This document shows, piece after piece, positions 50,407 through 63,078 of a stretch of 64,000 nt of DNA (position 1 is the first letter of the stretch; each line of letters begins with the position of its first letter). Made by a program: the position numbers and the translations under genes. The notes below the pieces were generated by a model. That model was not told where the DNA came from, did not search any database, and saw only the letters and a list, made by a program, of their open reading frames with translations. Source of the DNA: an uncultured Sulfurimonas sp. (GTDB lineage: Bacteria; Campylobacterota; Campylobacteria; Campylobacterales; Sulfurimonadaceae); contig CAZCMR010000004.1 of assembly GCA_964499805.1 (NCBI GenBank), positions 1,615 through 65,614 on the forward strand. The letters are read 5' to 3'.

Positions 50407-50913
50407 ATGGCAACAACTAAATTCAAAGGTACGGACGTAGAGTTATTAGGTAATGAAGTAAATGTTGGAGATAAAGCTCCTGAGGTAACAGTTGTAAACT
50501 CTGATGGTTTAGGTGATGTTAAAGTTGGTGGTGCTCAAGGCGTTAAACAACTTATCATTGTTGTTCCTTCACTAGATACTGGTGTATGTGCTACTGAAAC
50601 TCGTAACTTTAATGCTAAAGCTTCTGAGCTTGAGGGTGTTAAAACTACTGTTGTTTCTATGGACCTTCCATTTGCTGCAGGACGTTTTTGTTCAGCTGAA
50701 GGAATCGACAAATTAACTGTTGCTTCTGACTTCAGAAACAAAGATTTCGCTAACGCTTACGGTGTACTTTTAGGTGGATCTGTTCTTGCTGGTGTTACAG
50801 CTCGTGCTATCTTCGTAGTAGATGCTGACGGTATCGTTACTTACAAAGAGATCGTTCCAGAAATCACTGAAGAACCACAATACGACGCTGCAATAGAAGC
50901 TGCAAAAAAATAG
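50407..50913 (+). CDS. tpx: Thiol peroxidase
   Basis: PSLDTGVC, SMDLPFA..RFC, EITEEP; AAGGA SD before ATG 50407. Confidence 0.95.
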   Translation: MATTKFKGTDVELLGNEVNVGDKAPEVTVVNSDGLGDVKVGGAQGVKQLIIVVPSLDTGVCATETRNFNAKASELEGVKTTVVSMDLPFAAGRFCSAEGIDKLTVASDFRNKDFANAYGVLLGGSVLAGVTARAIFVVDADGIVTYKEIVPEITEEPQYDAAIEAAKK

Positions 50914-50928
50914 TTTGTGCTTTTTAAT

Positions 50929-50952
50929 TAAATGTCACTTTTGTGGCATTTA
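50929..50952 (+). terminator. Hairpin after tpx
   Basis: TAAATGTCAC-TTTT-GTGGCATTTA stem-loop. Confidence 0.6.
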
Positions 50953-51054
50953 AACCTCTTCCCAAAATCTTTTCACATATAAAAAATTATTATCTTTAAG
51001 AATACAAATATTTAACTCTGATATAATATGCAAAAATATTATAATGAGGCTACC

Positions 51055-51831
51055 ATGAAAAAAATAGTATCTACTTTAGCACTTGGTGCATTAATGGCTA
51101 CAACTGCAAGTGCTGATTTAACACGAGTAGAAGCTGGTGTCGGCGCATGGAGTTATAAACCTAGTGGAATTATCACATATACAGATAATGATGGAACTTT
51201 AACAAATACTTCTGCTGAAAAAGAACAAACTTCAGCTTACCTTTGGTTACTTATTAAACATCCTATCCCAATTCTACCAAATCTTAGACTTGAATATGCA
51301 ACAATACATGATGATGGCACAGGTTCTGGTAAATATGATGGTATTGATTTTGGTGTAGATACTCCAACAACTATGGATTTAACGCAGTATGACATTATTC
51401 CTTATTACAACATCTTAGATAATACTTTTTGGACAACTATTGATATAGGTGTAGATATTAAAGTTGCTGATTATAAGTATCATGCGAAGCAGGTAACTCC
51501 AATAACTGTTGGAAGTATTTCTGGAGTAACTGAAGATTATAATGACAATGGTACTGTAGTTGTTCCTCTTTTATATCTAAGAGGACGTGTTGAAATTCCT
51601 ATGACAGATATTGGTTTTGAAGCTGATGCAAAGTATGTCTCATACGATGGAGATACTGTTTATGATGCTCGTGCTAAGATTGATTATACTTTGAGTTTTT
51701 TACCTGTTGTGCAACCTGCTATTGAGATAGGTTATAGAGTTCAAAAGTATGATTTTACAAGTGAAGATAAAAAAACATATATGAATATGGATTTCAAAGG
51801 TCTTTACATGGGGATAATGGCTAGATTCTAA
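51055..51831 (+). CDS. TIGR04219-like outer-membrane beta-barrel protein
   Basis: Signal peptide, KHPIPILPNLRLEY, YYNILDN, terminal Phe. Confidence 0.75.
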   Translation: MKKIVSTLALGALMATTASADLTRVEAGVGAWSYKPSGIITYTDNDGTLTNTSAEKEQTSAYLWLLIKHPIPILPNLRLEYATIHDDGTGSGKYDGIDFGVDTPTTMDLTQYDIIPYYNILDNTFWTTIDIGVDIKVADYKYHAKQVTPITVGSISGVTEDYNDNGTVVVPLLYLRGRVEIPMTDIGFEADAKYVSYDGDTVYDARAKIDYTLSFLPVVQPAIEIGYRVQKYDFTSEDKKTYMNMDFKGLYMGIMARF

Positions 51832-51834
51832 TAT

Positions 51835-52635
51835 TTATTTAAAAGTGAGATAACTTTTATCTAAGATGATTATCTCACACTCAAGCTTTATGTTAAACTT
51901 CTCTTTTACCCTTTTTTGTGCCTCTTGGATGAGGTACATTGCATCTTCAAACTTCCCATCTCCACTGTTTACCAAAAAGTTTGCATGTTCCAGGCTAAAA
52001 GACATATCCCCTTTTTTGACCCCTTTGAGACCAACAGCTTCGATGAGCCTTCCTGCATAATCACCTTGTGGATTTTTAAAACAGCTTCCTGCACTTGGAG
52101 TGGAAGGTTGATTTGCTCGCATCTTTTTAAACATCTCTACTTTTGCAAGATCAAATCCAAAATTGAGTTGAAAACTTGCTTCTAAAATAGGCTCATTGAT
52201 AGATGTATATCTATAGCCATGCTCTATATCTTGTTTGCTTTTTTTTCCAAAAGGGGTAGTAATATCAAGAAGATTATTAAATATTTCAAACTCTTTAAGT
52301 CCTGCATTCATACAGACAAGTCCTCCGAGTTTACCCGGAAGATGAGAAAGAAATTCAAAATCGGCAATATTATGTTTTTTACAAAAGGATGCAATCTTAC
52401 CGGACGGGGTTGCTCCTCCAATCTTTAGGGTATTATCCTCTATCTTTATATAATCATATTTTTTAGAGAGCATTGCAAGCGGAGGAGGGTTGTTGCCAAT
52501 GAGAATGTTGTTACAAGAGCCTACTAGGTAGTACTTGTCAAACGCAGTAAAATCATCCTCTAAAATAGCAACATCAAAGGAGCCCCCAATTTTAAATGAG
52601 GAGTATTTGGAAAAATTTATTGATTTGTAGTGCAT
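51835..52635 (-). CDS. murB: UDP-N-acetylenolpyruvoylglucosamine reductase
   Basis: SFKIGG, LPGKLGG..MNAG, SAGSCFKNP, HANFLVN. Confidence 0.95.
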   Translation of the reverse strand: MHYKSINFSKYSSFKIGGSFDVAILEDDFTAFDKYYLVGSCNNILIGNNPPPLAMLSKKYDYIKIEDNTLKIGGATPSGKIASFCKKHNIADFEFLSHLPGKLGGLVCMNAGLKEFEIFNNLLDITTPFGKKSKQDIEHGYRYTSINEPILEASFQLNFGFDLAKVEMFKKMRANQPSTPSAGSCFKNPQGDYAGRLIEAVGLKGVKKGDMSFSLEHANFLVNSGDGKFEDAMYLIQEAQKRVKEKFNIKLECEIIILDKSYLTFK

Positions 52636-52901
52636 TACTCAACAAAAGTGGGAATGAGGTTAAAGACATTGAGCGAGAAGTCTGTCATCTCATTAAGCAT
52701 CCACGGCATAGTAAGAACGATAACAATGACAACACCGATGATTTTAGGAATAAAGGAGAGTGTCATCTCATTGATCTGTGTTGTTGCTTGAAAGATACTC
52801 ACTGCAAGACCTAAAAACATACCTGTAAGCAGTCCGGGCAGTGCAAGATAGAGTGCTATTTGAAAAGTCTGTACTCCCAGTGCTATGAGCTTTGCTTCCA
52901 T
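52635..52901 (-). CDS. fliQ: Flagellar export protein FliQ
   Basis: SIFQATTQINEMTLSFIPK. Confidence 0.97.
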   Translation of the reverse strand: MEAKLIALGVQTFQIALYLALPGLLTGMFLGLAVSIFQATTQINEMTLSFIPKIIGVVIVIVLTMPWMLNEMTDFSLNVFNLIPTFVE

Positions 52902-52902
52902 T

Positions 52903-53766
52903 TTATGAATTCCTTAACTCTTTATACTCACTCGGAATGAGGTAATCTTCAATTTTTACAGGGGTATCATAAAACCCATGTTTGTATCCAATTTCAAAAA
53001 GTTTATCTATTGCTTTGTACTGTAAAGGAGAGAGTGTAATGGAATCATCATTTGCATAGAGCTCAAGGTATTTATCAAGTGTAGGGGCATCGATTCTCAC
53101 AAGATCACGTTCTAAAAGCATTTGTGAGAGTTTCTCTTTATGGTCACGTGCTACCTGAACGGCTTTTGTAAGTGTCGCTTCATACTCTATGGCACGGTTA
53201 AGAGGTAAAGAGCGGCGAATTGCCATACCACCAAGAGGAAGAGGAAGTTCATCACCTGCGAGTTCTTGCCAGATATCCCACATCTCACGCTCAACTTCCA
53301 ACTCATCCGCATAGGTTAAGATACTCTCATGAATTAACACGCCGGCATCAACTTTGCCATCAATTACAGCCTGTTCTATCTCTAAAAAGTTCATATATGT
53401 GACACGTGCATCAGGATATGCGATGCGAAAAAGCATTGCGTTTGTAGTATGTTTTCCACTGAGTGCTACTTTGAAATTTCGTTTGAGCTTTGCACCGCTG
53501 CGTTTAATAAGTTTCGGGCCATAACCTTCGCCAAAACTAACAGCTGTACGAAGAGGTGCATACTCCTCTCTTATGTGCGGATACAGAGCAAAACTGATCG
53601 CAACTATGTCGTAAACTCCATTAAGAGCATCTTCATTAAGTGTTTGAATGTCTTTTGCTATATTGTCAAATCTGACATCTTTCATTGATACCCAGCCAAA
53701 TTTAATGGCATAGTACATAAAAATATCATCAGCATCTGGTGAGTGGGCAATTAATGTTTTTTTCAT
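52903..53766 (-). CDS. mqnD: 1,4-dihydroxy-6-naphthoate synthase (futalosine pathway)
   Basis: AHSPDADD, GYGP, LIHE, LPLGG; synteny with fliQ-murB. Confidence 0.9.
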   Translation of the reverse strand: MKKTLIAHSPDADDIFMYYAIKFGWVSMKDVRFDNIAKDIQTLNEDALNGVYDIVAISFALYPHIREEYAPLRTAVSFGEGYGPKLIKRSGAKLKRNFKVALSGKHTTNAMLFRIAYPDARVTYMNFLEIEQAVIDGKVDAGVLIHESILTYADELEVEREMWDIWQELAGDELPLPLGGMAIRRSLPLNRAIEYEATLTKAVQVARDHKEKLSQMLLERDLVRIDAPTLDKYLELYANDDSITLSPLQYKAIDKLFEIGYKHGFYDTPVKIEDYLIPSEYKELRNS

Positions 53767-53875
53767 AGGAATGATTTTAGCAAAAATAAGATAAAAGTAA
53801 CTACTAATTAACCTTTCTAGATGTATAATTATTCTTAGAACAGCTGTATGATATTTTAAATAAAAGGAAAATGCT

Positions 53876-54355
53876 ATGAGTGAAAATGTAATGGTGAAAG
53901 TTTATGATAAGTATGATGATGCATCTTCAGATGTGAATAAGTTGATACATGGTGGTATACTGAAAAAATATATTTCGGTAATAGGAAGAGCCGAAGAAGA
54001 AAAAGCTGGTGAATTTGAGGAAGAAAAATCATTGGATAAGCTTGTATTCTGGGGTGAACAAGGTGCATTCTGGGGTGGTTTATGGGGACTTTTAGCTGGT
54101 GGAATGCTTTTGGCTGTGCCAGGATATGGTCCCTTGGCCGCAACAGGTCAGATAATGAGTGCTATTGCTGGTATGCTAGGTGGAGCAGCAGTCTTTGGAA
54201 CCACTGGAGCGGTAGTTGCATGGTTCGTAGATAGAGGTATGGAAGACTCTCTTGCACAGAGATATGCAAAACATTTAGAGGATGGAAAAATATTGGTGAT
54301 TGTTCATGGAGATGAGGATGTTATTGATATGGCACATAAGATTCTGAATGAATAA
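53876..54355 (+). CDS. General stress-type membrane protein (YflT/DUF1269-like)
   Basis: GAFWGGLWGLL..VPGYGP Gly-rich hairpin; YAKHL..GKILVIV. Confidence 0.65.
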   Translation: MSENVMVKVYDKYDDASSDVNKLIHGGILKKYISVIGRAEEEKAGEFEEEKSLDKLVFWGEQGAFWGGLWGLLAGGMLLAVPGYGPLAATGQIMSAIAGMLGGAAVFGTTGAVVAWFVDRGMEDSLAQRYAKHLEDGKILVIVHGDEDVIDMAHKILNE

Positions 54356-54491
54356 AAAAAGTAAATAATCCAAGAGAATACTTTTATGTTATTTAGATAC
54401 AATTCCAAAATATGACAAATTGACATAAAATGAGTTTTGTTAAAAATATTTGTCTAGAATTTCTTTAAATTTCATAATAAGTGAGTCCAAA

Positions 54492-55529
54492 ATGGATGCG
54501 AATAAACAAAAATCATTAGACCTGGCAATTAAACAGATAGACAAAGCATTTGGAAAAGGTGCTTTGATGCGTTTGGGTGATAAAGATATTGAGCCAATAC
54601 AGTCAATCAGTACAGGCTCTTTGGGTCTTGATTTGGCATTAGGGATAGGCGGTATACCTCAAGGACGTGTGGTTGAGATATATGGACCGGAGAGTTCCGG
54701 TAAAACTACTTTGGCCCTTCAAATTACAGCAGAGTGTCAAAAAGAGGGGGGTGTTTGTGCTTTTATCGATGCTGAACATGCTCTTGATGTTATTTATGCT
54801 AAAAATCTTGGTGTAGATATTGACAATCTTTTAGTCTCTCAACCTGATTATGGTGAGCAGGCTTTAGATATTGTCGAGACCATAGCACGAAGCGGTGCTG
54901 TTGATCTAGTAGTTATTGACTCAGTAGCAGCACTGACTCCAAAAGTAGAACTTGAAGGTGAGATGAACGATCAGCAAGTTGGGGTTCAGGCTCGTTTGAT
55001 GAGTAAAGCTTTGAGAAAATTGACAGGTGTTCTAAGCAAAATGAACTGTTCTGTTATCTTCATCAATCAAATTCGTATGAAAATTGGAATGATGGGCTAT
55101 GGTTCTCCTGAGACGACAACAGGAGGTAACGCTTTAAAATTTTATGCATCAGTGCGTATCGATGTGCGTCGTATCGCCTCTTTGAAGCAGGGAGAGAGCC
55201 AAATTGGTAACAGAGTAAAAGCAAAAGTTATCAAAAATAAAGTGGCACCGCCATTTCGTCAGGCAGAATTTGATATAATGTTCGGAGAAGGAATCTCCAA
55301 AGAGGGTGAGCTTGTTGACTATGGTGTTAAGTTAGATATAGTTGATAAAAGTGGAGCTTGGTTCTCTTATGGAGAGACTAAACTGGGTCAAGGCCGTGAA
55401 AACGTGAAGGCAAAATTTAAAGACGAGCCTGAACTGGCTGCTGAGATCGAGGAAAAAATCAAAGTAGCAATGGGAATGAGCTCTCTTATGACCATGGATA
55501 CTTCAGATATATCAGAGGCTGATGTATAG
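54492..55529 (+). CDS. recA: Recombinase A
   Basis: [30 protein letters not shown]. Confidence 0.99.
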   Translation: MDANKQKSLDLAIKQIDKAFGKGALMRLGDKDIEPIQSISTGSLGLDLALGIGGIPQGRVVEIYGPESSGKTTLALQITAECQKEGGVCAFIDAEHALDVIYAKNLGVDIDNLLVSQPDYGEQALDIVETIARSGAVDLVVIDSVAALTPKVELEGEMNDQQVGVQARLMSKALRKLTGVLSKMNCSVIFINQIRMKIGMMGYGSPETTTGGNALKFYASVRIDVRRIASLKQGESQIGNRVKAKVIKNKVAPPFRQAEFDIMFGEGISKEGELVDYGVKLDIVDKSGAWFSYGETKLGQGRENVKAKFKDEPELAAEIEEKIKVAMGMSSLMTMDTSDISEADV

Positions 55530-55563
55530 TCTTTGTAAATTAAACTAATCAAAGAGGAAATAA

Positions 55564-56832
<1,269 letters not shown>

Positions 56833-56840
56833 GGCTACAG

Positions 56841-57119
56841 ATGCAAAAAGATGAGCTGTTTGAAGAGATTGATACTTCTGAGAGTCTAACTCAGAAGTAT
56901 TTAGGCTTGTCTTTAGGTAAATTTTTCACTCTATTTTCTCTTATTGTATTTTTAGGTATTTATCTTGGGGTTTTGCTGTATGGTACCAACTCCGTAGAGG
57001 TTCTGTTAGGACTTGAGGATTATGAAAATTATCTGCAAGAAGAGATTGTGAGATTAAAGAGTGAAAATGCCGAACTACAACGAGAGTACTTTGAACTCAA
57101 AGAAATTTCTGCACAATAA
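56841..57119 (+). CDS. FtsB/DivIC-like septum formation protein
   Basis: TM helix plus coiled coil directly downstream of eno. Confidence 0.65.
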   Translation: MQKDELFEEIDTSESLTQKYLGLSLGKFFTLFSLIVFLGIYLGVLLYGTNSVEVLLGLEDYENYLQEEIVRLKSENAELQREYFELKEISAQ

Positions 57120-57164
57120 TAACTAATATCTGCTATAATATAGACAAAAAATAGGCTCTTTTTT

Positions 57165-57806
57165 ATGATCAAACTCTGTCTGTTACTTTTATCTTTCTCT
57201 CTTTTTGCCCGTGAAAATCCTTTTTTTCCTGTAAATTCTGATTTGGATATTCCTCTTACTTTAGAGCAAAATAAAAAAGCACCGATGTTAAAAAGGGCGG
57301 CACTCTCTCTCCCCTCAACAGCAAGGGAGATAGAGAGTGTCATCGTCAGATACAAAAATCTAGATGGTTCAATTCAAGAGAAGCGTGTGGAGCTTAAAAA
57401 CAGCGTTGACTGGCATCTGCCGATTTTTATCTCCCAAAATTATGAGCTTGGTCAAACGCAGCAGAAAACCTCAAAACACGAAACAAAAGTAAAAGCACAA
57501 AAGTTTCAAAAATTCACCTCTTTGCCTTTTATCTCTTTTTACACAAAAGAGATGCTTATGAAGATAGAAACAAATGATAAACTTCTGCGTTCTTTTTTGC
57601 TTGTAAAGCCTCATCGAATTGTATGTGATTTTAAAAGAGAAACAGATCTGCGAAGTTTTGAAAAAAAGGCGGCAACTGCAAATGTATTTAAAAAAATTAC
57701 CATAGGAACCCATAAGGGCTACTACAGGGTTGTCATAGAACTTGACGGATTTTACAAATACACTATAAAACAAGATGCTGGTGGGTATCTAGTTAGTTTA
57801 CATTAA
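57165..57806 (+). CDS. AMIN-domain periplasmic protein
   Basis: Signal peptide ending ARENPF; PHRIVCDF; GTHKGYYRVVIELDG. Confidence 0.8.
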   Translation: MIKLCLLLLSFSLFARENPFFPVNSDLDIPLTLEQNKKAPMLKRAALSLPSTAREIESVIVRYKNLDGSIQEKRVELKNSVDWHLPIFISQNYELGQTQQKTSKHETKVKAQKFQKFTSLPFISFYTKEMLMKIETNDKLLRSFLLVKPHRIVCDFKRETDLRSFEKKAATANVFKKITIGTHKGYYRVVIELDGFYKYTIKQDAGGYLVSLH

Positions 57807-57823
57807 TATAAAGTGATGCAGAC

Positions 57824-58564
57824 GTGAAGTATTTAATTTTTTTACTCTTTAATGTGGTCCAGCTTTATGCATTGGTTTCTATTTCTCCGGTAGAGATTGG
57901 TGACAATCCAGGTTTTAGCGGCATTGTAAATGGTGCATTTGATACAAAAAGAGGAAATACGGACTCGGATAACTATACAGCTGGTATGAAGCTCTCTTAT
58001 GATGACAATCAATCCTATCTGATGTGGGGCGAGTTAAATTTTACTTATGGTGAAGCAAATAATGTTAAGAATGCCAATAAAACATACTCACACATCAGAT
58101 ATATACGTAAGTTAGAAAAAAGTCTTGACGGGGAGGCTTTTGTACAGTCCCAAAGTAATGAGTTTACAAAAGTTGATGAGAGATTTTTAACCGGTGCAGG
58201 GATACGTATCCATCTTGATAAAGAGAACTATGGGGATTTGTATTTTGGTTTTGGTATGTTTTATGAATATATAAATTACTCAACAGATATAGATGAGCGG
58301 GAGAATCACGTTAGAACCAATATCTACTTGGCCTATAAAAAAGAGTTTACTAAGGATTCGCAACTCTCTTATGTTGCATATTATCAGCCAAAGTTTGGTG
58401 ATATAAGTGACTATATTATTACAAATGCCCTAGAGCTTAAAATTTTGATATATGAAAAATTATATATTAGCTTTACGGTTAGTTACAATAAAGATTCAAA
58501 GCCGGCAATAGATGTCAAGAAAATTGATTTTTCCCAGAGAACTGCATTTATATACAAATTTTAG
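57824..58564 (+). CDS. DUF481 family outer-membrane protein
   Basis: KRGNT, HIRY, YYQP, terminal YKF; GTG start. Confidence 0.7.
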   Translation: MKYLIFLLFNVVQLYALVSISPVEIGDNPGFSGIVNGAFDTKRGNTDSDNYTAGMKLSYDDNQSYLMWGELNFTYGEANNVKNANKTYSHIRYIRKLEKSLDGEAFVQSQSNEFTKVDERFLTGAGIRIHLDKENYGDLYFGFGMFYEYINYSTDIDERENHVRTNIYLAYKKEFTKDSQLSYVAYYQPKFGDISDYIITNALELKILIYEKLYISFTVSYNKDSKPAIDVKKIDFSQRTAFIYKF

Positions 58565-58661
58565 ATAGAAACAGCATTGGTGAAGTTTGCGAACAACTTA
58601 ACTGATGCAAAGCTAACAAGATATAATAAAATTTTGCTTTTCATTGGCTATAATTACAGCA

Positions 58662-59990
58662 ATGAAAAACTTTAAAAATTATATCAATACACACAACGAA
58701 AGTGAGATGCATCCTGCAGAGCTCGCTAAATTATTAAAAAATCTTAATGATTATGATTTTAGTGAAGCAATTAAACAGGTTCCTAAAAATCTCGTCGGTG
58801 ATGTTGCCCTTGCTCTTCCAGATAGATACTTTGATGATGTTGTTGAAAACCTAAGTGTAGATGATCTTTCTCATGCAGTTAGTGAGCTCGAATCAGATGA
58901 TCAACTTGAATTTATGCAAGAACTTGAGGATGTTGACAAAAATGTAGCATCAAAAGTTTTTCACTCCCTTGATGCTGAAGATAAACAAGAGATTTCTGAG
59001 CTTAAAAAATATGATGAAAATCAAGCCGGTGCATATATGCAGCTTGAGGTCTTTACTGCAAATGAAGATGAAGTAGTACAAGATGTCATTAAAAGATTTG
59101 CAAGGCTTAGAAAAGAGAATGAACTTGAGAATGTACAGAACCTTTTTATAGTAGATAATAAGAATAAGCTTCTCTATACAATCGGTCTGGATGATTTGCT
59201 GATTTTTGATTTTGCAAAGACGGTACGTGAAAATATAGAGAATAGTGATGAATCCTTTGAATCAAAAGTGGCAGTTGATACAGAGGACATCAAAGAGGTT
59301 GTGAACTACTTTAAAGAGTATGATCTCTCAGTTATACCTGTAATAAATAAAGATGGAATATTAGTCGGGCGTATCACCTCTGATGACATTTATGATATTA
59401 TCAATGAACATGCTACGGAACAGATGTATAATCTTGCAGGTGTTGATGATGATGCAGAAGATGATGAAGATATACTAAAAGCAGGGCGTAAGCGTGCCTA
59501 TTGGCTTGGGATTAATCTTTTTACAGCTATTGCCGCCTCTTTGGTTATAGGACTTTTTGAAGATACCATTAACTCTATGGTCGCTTTGGCGGTTTTAATG
59601 CCCATAGTAGCTTCAATGGGTGGGAATGCAGGGACACAAACACTAACTGTTATAGTACGCCAATTGGCACTGGGTGAGATTAGCAAAGGGGATGCTTTAC
59701 GGAGCATTAAAAAAGAGGTCGCTATCTCTATAATGAACGGTCTATTGTTTGCTATTGTAATGGGAGTCATTGCCTGGATCTGGTTTGAGATACCACTGCT
59801 TGGTATCGTAATAGGTCTTAGTATGGTTATAAACCTATTTATGGCAGGTTTCTTTGGTGCTATGATACCTTTGGTCTTAAAGTGGTTGAAAATTGATCCT
59901 GCTATTGGAAGCACTGTTATCTTAACTACTGTTACTGATGTTGTAGGCTTTTTTAGCTTTTTAGGTCTAGCAAAAATTATACTTTTATAA
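58662..59990 (+). CDS. mgtE: Magnesium transporter MgtE
   Basis: N-domain, CBS pair, MPIVASMGGNAGTQT, DPA, TTVTDVVG. Confidence 0.95.
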   Translation: MKNFKNYINTHNESEMHPAELAKLLKNLNDYDFSEAIKQVPKNLVGDVALALPDRYFDDVVENLSVDDLSHAVSELESDDQLEFMQELEDVDKNVASKVFHSLDAEDKQEISELKKYDENQAGAYMQLEVFTANEDEVVQDVIKRFARLRKENELENVQNLFIVDNKNKLLYTIGLDDLLIFDFAKTVRENIENSDESFESKVAVDTEDIKEVVNYFKEYDLSVIPVINKDGILVGRITSDDIYDIINEHATEQMYNLAGVDDDAEDDEDILKAGRKRAYWLGINLFTAIAASLVIGLFEDTINSMVALAVLMPIVASMGGNAGTQTLTVIVRQLALGEISKGDALRSIKKEVAISIMNGLLFAIVMGVIAWIWFEIPLLGIVIGLSMVINLFMAGFFGAMIPLVLKWLKIDPAIGSTVILTTVTDVVGFFSFLGLAKIILL

Positions 59991-60002
59991 GGAATATATG
60001 AG

Positions 60003-61052
60003 ATGGAATTACTAATACTCTTTTTTGTATTATCAGTTGGAATATCATTTTTATGCTCTGTTTTAGAGTCTGTATTGCTTTCAATAAACATGTCATATGT
60101 TGCGGTACTTGAGAAAGAGAGACCCACTATAGGTGCAATACTTAGACATCAAAAAGAGAACATAAACAAATCAATAGCTTCAGTTTTGATTCTCAATACT
60201 ATAGCAAATACTTTGGGTGCAGCAGCAGTCGGTGCACAGGCTTCTAAAATTTTTGGAAATGATGCGGTTGTTTATGTCTCTGTTATTTTAACTTTTGCGA
60301 TTTTATTTATCTCTGAGATTATCCCAAAAACAATAGGGGCAATTTACTGGAAGCAGTTGGCTCCTGTAGCGGCATATTTTATAAAAATCTTTATCTGGAT
60401 GACCTATCCTATTATTTTAACGACTTTAGCAGTTACAAACAGGATCTCCAACGGAAAAACAGACTCCCATTCTCTTACAAAAGAGGAGCTGCTTGAGAGT
60501 ATGTATATGAGTGAAGATGAAGGAATTATTGATGAGCAGGAATCGGATGTAATTGAAAATATTTTAAATCTTGATAACATTAAAGTCAGTGAAGTCTTGA
60601 CCCCTCGCAGTGTTGTATTCGCCCTAGAAGAGAGTATGAGCGTTAAAGAAGTTATTCAAACGCAGCCCGCCATTTTTAAGTTTTCTCGTATTCCTGTCTA
60701 TAGAGAGTCCTTAGAAAATGTTACAGGTATAGTTCTTACAAAAAAACTTTTCAAACAGGCACTCGAAGATGACAGCGTCTCACTTTCATCTATTAAAAAA
60801 GATATGTTTAGTATCAATGAAAATGTCCCTGTAAGTAAAGCTCTTGACCTTTTTATCTCTAAAAAAGAGCATATGTTTTTAGTAACAGACAATTATGACC
60901 AGACAGATGGAATCCTCACACTTGAGGATTGTGTCGAGACAATTTTAGGTGTTGAAATTATGGACGAGAGTGATACGACAGAAGATATGCGTGAACTTGC
61001 CAAACGCAAGATGAAGCTTAAAAGAAAGCTTCAGGAGAAGGCGAAGTCTTAG
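60003..61052 (+). CDS. CNNM/DUF21-CBS (CorB/hemolysin-like) protein
   Basis: [34 protein letters not shown]. Confidence 0.9.
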   Translation: MELLILFFVLSVGISFLCSVLESVLLSINMSYVAVLEKERPTIGAILRHQKENINKSIASVLILNTIANTLGAAAVGAQASKIFGNDAVVYVSVILTFAILFISEIIPKTIGAIYWKQLAPVAAYFIKIFIWMTYPIILTTLAVTNRISNGKTDSHSLTKEELLESMYMSEDEGIIDEQESDVIENILNLDNIKVSEVLTPRSVVFALEESMSVKEVIQTQPAIFKFSRIPVYRESLENVTGIVLTKKLFKQALEDDSVSLSSIKKDMFSINENVPVSKALDLFISKKEHMFLVTDNYDQTDGILTLEDCVETILGVEIMDESDTTEDMRELAKRKMKLKRKLQEKAKS

Positions 61053-62383
61053 CTTGATGCTACAATTTCGCTCATATCAACATCATATCCAACCTCTTCT
61101 GCTAATTGATCCATAAGGGTAAACATATCTATTGAATGGCGTTCAGCCTCTTTAAATCTGTTTATAATCTCCTCTTTTGATTCACTTTTAGCCATACATC
61201 CGCCTTTGAGAGCACAGTCAAGATTACTGTTTATAAGTTTATGAAATGTTTCATGGTGTATTTGCATCTTTTTAAAAGTTTTGTTATTTCCAAATACTTT
61301 CATACCCTGCGCATAGTACCATACTCCAAATCCACAATGATGAAAATCTTTTTTCAACTCTTCTGTTACTGCACCGTTAACAACAGCGGAGTAGGCGTTT
61401 GATTTGAAAATGATATGGTGGATTTTATAATTTGCCAAAAAGAGAGCAAAGCTACTTTTGTTGGACTCTTTTGATGTGAGATCCATATCCGTATTGAGCT
61501 GGCTCATTGTATTGGAAAAATTATCCATCGTCTCGTTAGCACTTGTTGCTATAGAACTCATATTCGCAGCATTTTCAGATACTCCACTCGATTGTTGTTG
61601 GAGATTTTGGATAGTTATACTTATCTCCCCTGTGGCTTTTGCCGTTCTCTCTGCAAGCTTGCGCACTTCATCGGCAACAACAGCAAAGCCACGACCATGT
61701 TCACCAGCACGCGCAGCTTCTATAGCTGCGTTTAAGGCAAGTAGGTTTGTCTGGTCTGCAATATCTTTAATGAGATTGATGACATTGGTAATTTCATTAA
61801 CATTTTCATCCATCAACTCAATTGCTTCTGTCGTATCCAGAACAAGACTATTAAGACTTGAAATTTCCCGTGTTGTTTCTGAGACAGCTTCATAGCTTGC
61901 TTTTGTAGATTCGGTTGCGTTTGAAGTGAGTTCTGTTACTTTGACAAAGGCATCTTTCGTCTTGTTGATATCAGCTGTAATAATTTCTAGATTTCCTTTC
62001 ATCCCGCCGTTGAGTTGGTTAAACTCTGTTGAGAGGAGACCCATCAGCTTATAGCGTTCATTTGCTTTCATGGATGCTATGGCTTTTTGAATCTCTTTTG
62101 CAGTTTCGGCAAATTCACCATGCATACCTTGAGGAAACATATGTCTATACATTTTGCCCTCTGTTACAGCTTCAATAGTGTAGCGTGTTTCACGTAAGAT
62201 GATCTCCATTTGGTCGAGTGAGTTGTTGATACTCCAGGCAATTTTTTCTAGCTCAGTATCTTTGTTATGTAAAATAATCCTTGAAGAGAGCTTTCCATTC
62301 TCTACATCTTTTAATACAGATGTAATCTTCAGCATCAGTTCCGCATCATGGTTTGTATTGCTTTTGAATGAAAATAGACTCAT
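61049..62383 (-). CDS. Soluble MCP with HAMP-like N-terminus and CZB domain
   Basis: No TM; MCP signature; CZB-type [15 protein letters not shown]. Confidence 0.9.
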   Translation of the reverse strand: MSLFSFKSNTNHDAELMLKITSVLKDVENGKLSSRIILHNKDTELEKIAWSINNSLDQMEIILRETRYTIEAVTEGKMYRHMFPQGMHGEFAETAKEIQKAIASMKANERYKLMGLLSTEFNQLNGGMKGNLEIITADINKTKDAFVKVTELTSNATESTKASYEAVSETTREISSLNSLVLDTTEAIELMDENVNEITNVINLIKDIADQTNLLALNAAIEAARAGEHGRGFAVVADEVRKLAERTAKATGEISITIQNLQQQSSGVSENAANMSSIATSANETMDNFSNTMSQLNTDMDLTSKESNKSSFALFLANYKIHHIIFKSNAYSAVVNGAVTEELKKDFHHCGFGVWYYAQGMKVFGNNKTFKKMQIHHETFHKLINSNLDCALKGGCMAKSESKEEIINRFKEAERHSIDMFTLMDQLAEEVGYDVDMSEIVASS

Positions 62384-62928
62384 AATGTAGCTCCTAATTG
62401 TAGATTAATTATAAATTCCCGATACTCTAGCTCGTGTTCTTCCAGGAGAGCGTTAAGAAGTTTTTGTGATGCCTCAACTCCACCGCTGCGTTCTGCATCA
62501 AGAAGTTGTTTATAGATAGGAGTTATGATATCGATGGCAGATTGCGGCATTTTTCGACGTACAGATGTGTAACTGACAATCTCTCCATTGGTATCCAGGT
62601 CAGCTGTAATATAGGCAAATACCCAGTAGTAACTTCCATCTGCACTGAGATTTTTTACAAAACCAAAAAACTCATCTTTATTTTGGATGAGCTCCCAAAG
62701 AAGTTTAAATGCAATTTTTGGCATATCTGGATGGCGGATAATGTTATGGTTGGCACCTATTAGCTCAGAAGCAGGGTATTTGGCCATTTGTACAAAAACC
62801 TCATTGCAATATATGATTTTTCCTCTTGGATCTGTTTTAGAGACGATAAAATCATTTGTATCTAAAATTTTTTCGTTGTTGGTGATATTTTTTGGAGCAT
62901 CAAGTTTGGATAGACTTTTTTTGGACAT
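62380..62928 (-). CDS. Stand-alone Aer/CetB-type PAS sensor protein
   Basis: [27 protein letters not shown]; ATGA overlap with the MCP gene. Confidence 0.85.
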   Translation of the reverse strand: MSKKSLSKLDAPKNITNNEKILDTNDFIVSKTDPRGKIIYCNEVFVQMAKYPASELIGANHNIIRHPDMPKIAFKLLWELIQNKDEFFGFVKNLSADGSYYWVFAYITADLDTNGEIVSYTSVRRKMPQSAIDIITPIYKQLLDAERSGGVEASQKLLNALLEEHELEYREFIINLQLGATL

Positions 62929-63040
62929 CTATTAATCTCCTTATATTATTTAGAAAGATTATATAATTTATAAAGTAAAGTTTTATCTACTTGGGAGGGT
63001 CTTATTTTTAAAATAGGATGAAGGTTACTTTTTGCAACAA

Positions 63041-63057
63041 CCCCCAAAGTTTTGGGG
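63041..63057 (-). terminator. Hairpin downstream of sqr
   Basis: CCCCAAA-GT-TTTGGGG stem just past the stop codon. Confidence 0.5.
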
Positions 63058-63078
63058 ATTATAGGATATTTTTTTTAG

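Noticed and set aside
58574-58608. Imperfect hairpin upstream of mgtE as an M-box riboswitch
   Set aside because: Too short, lacks M-box consensus and lies upstream of the apparent mgtE -10 box; more likely the 3' end structure of the preceding transcript.
59498-60127. 209-aa minus-strand ORF over mgtE and the CNNM gene
   Set aside because: Shadow of hydrophobic TM-coding sequence on the opposite strand.
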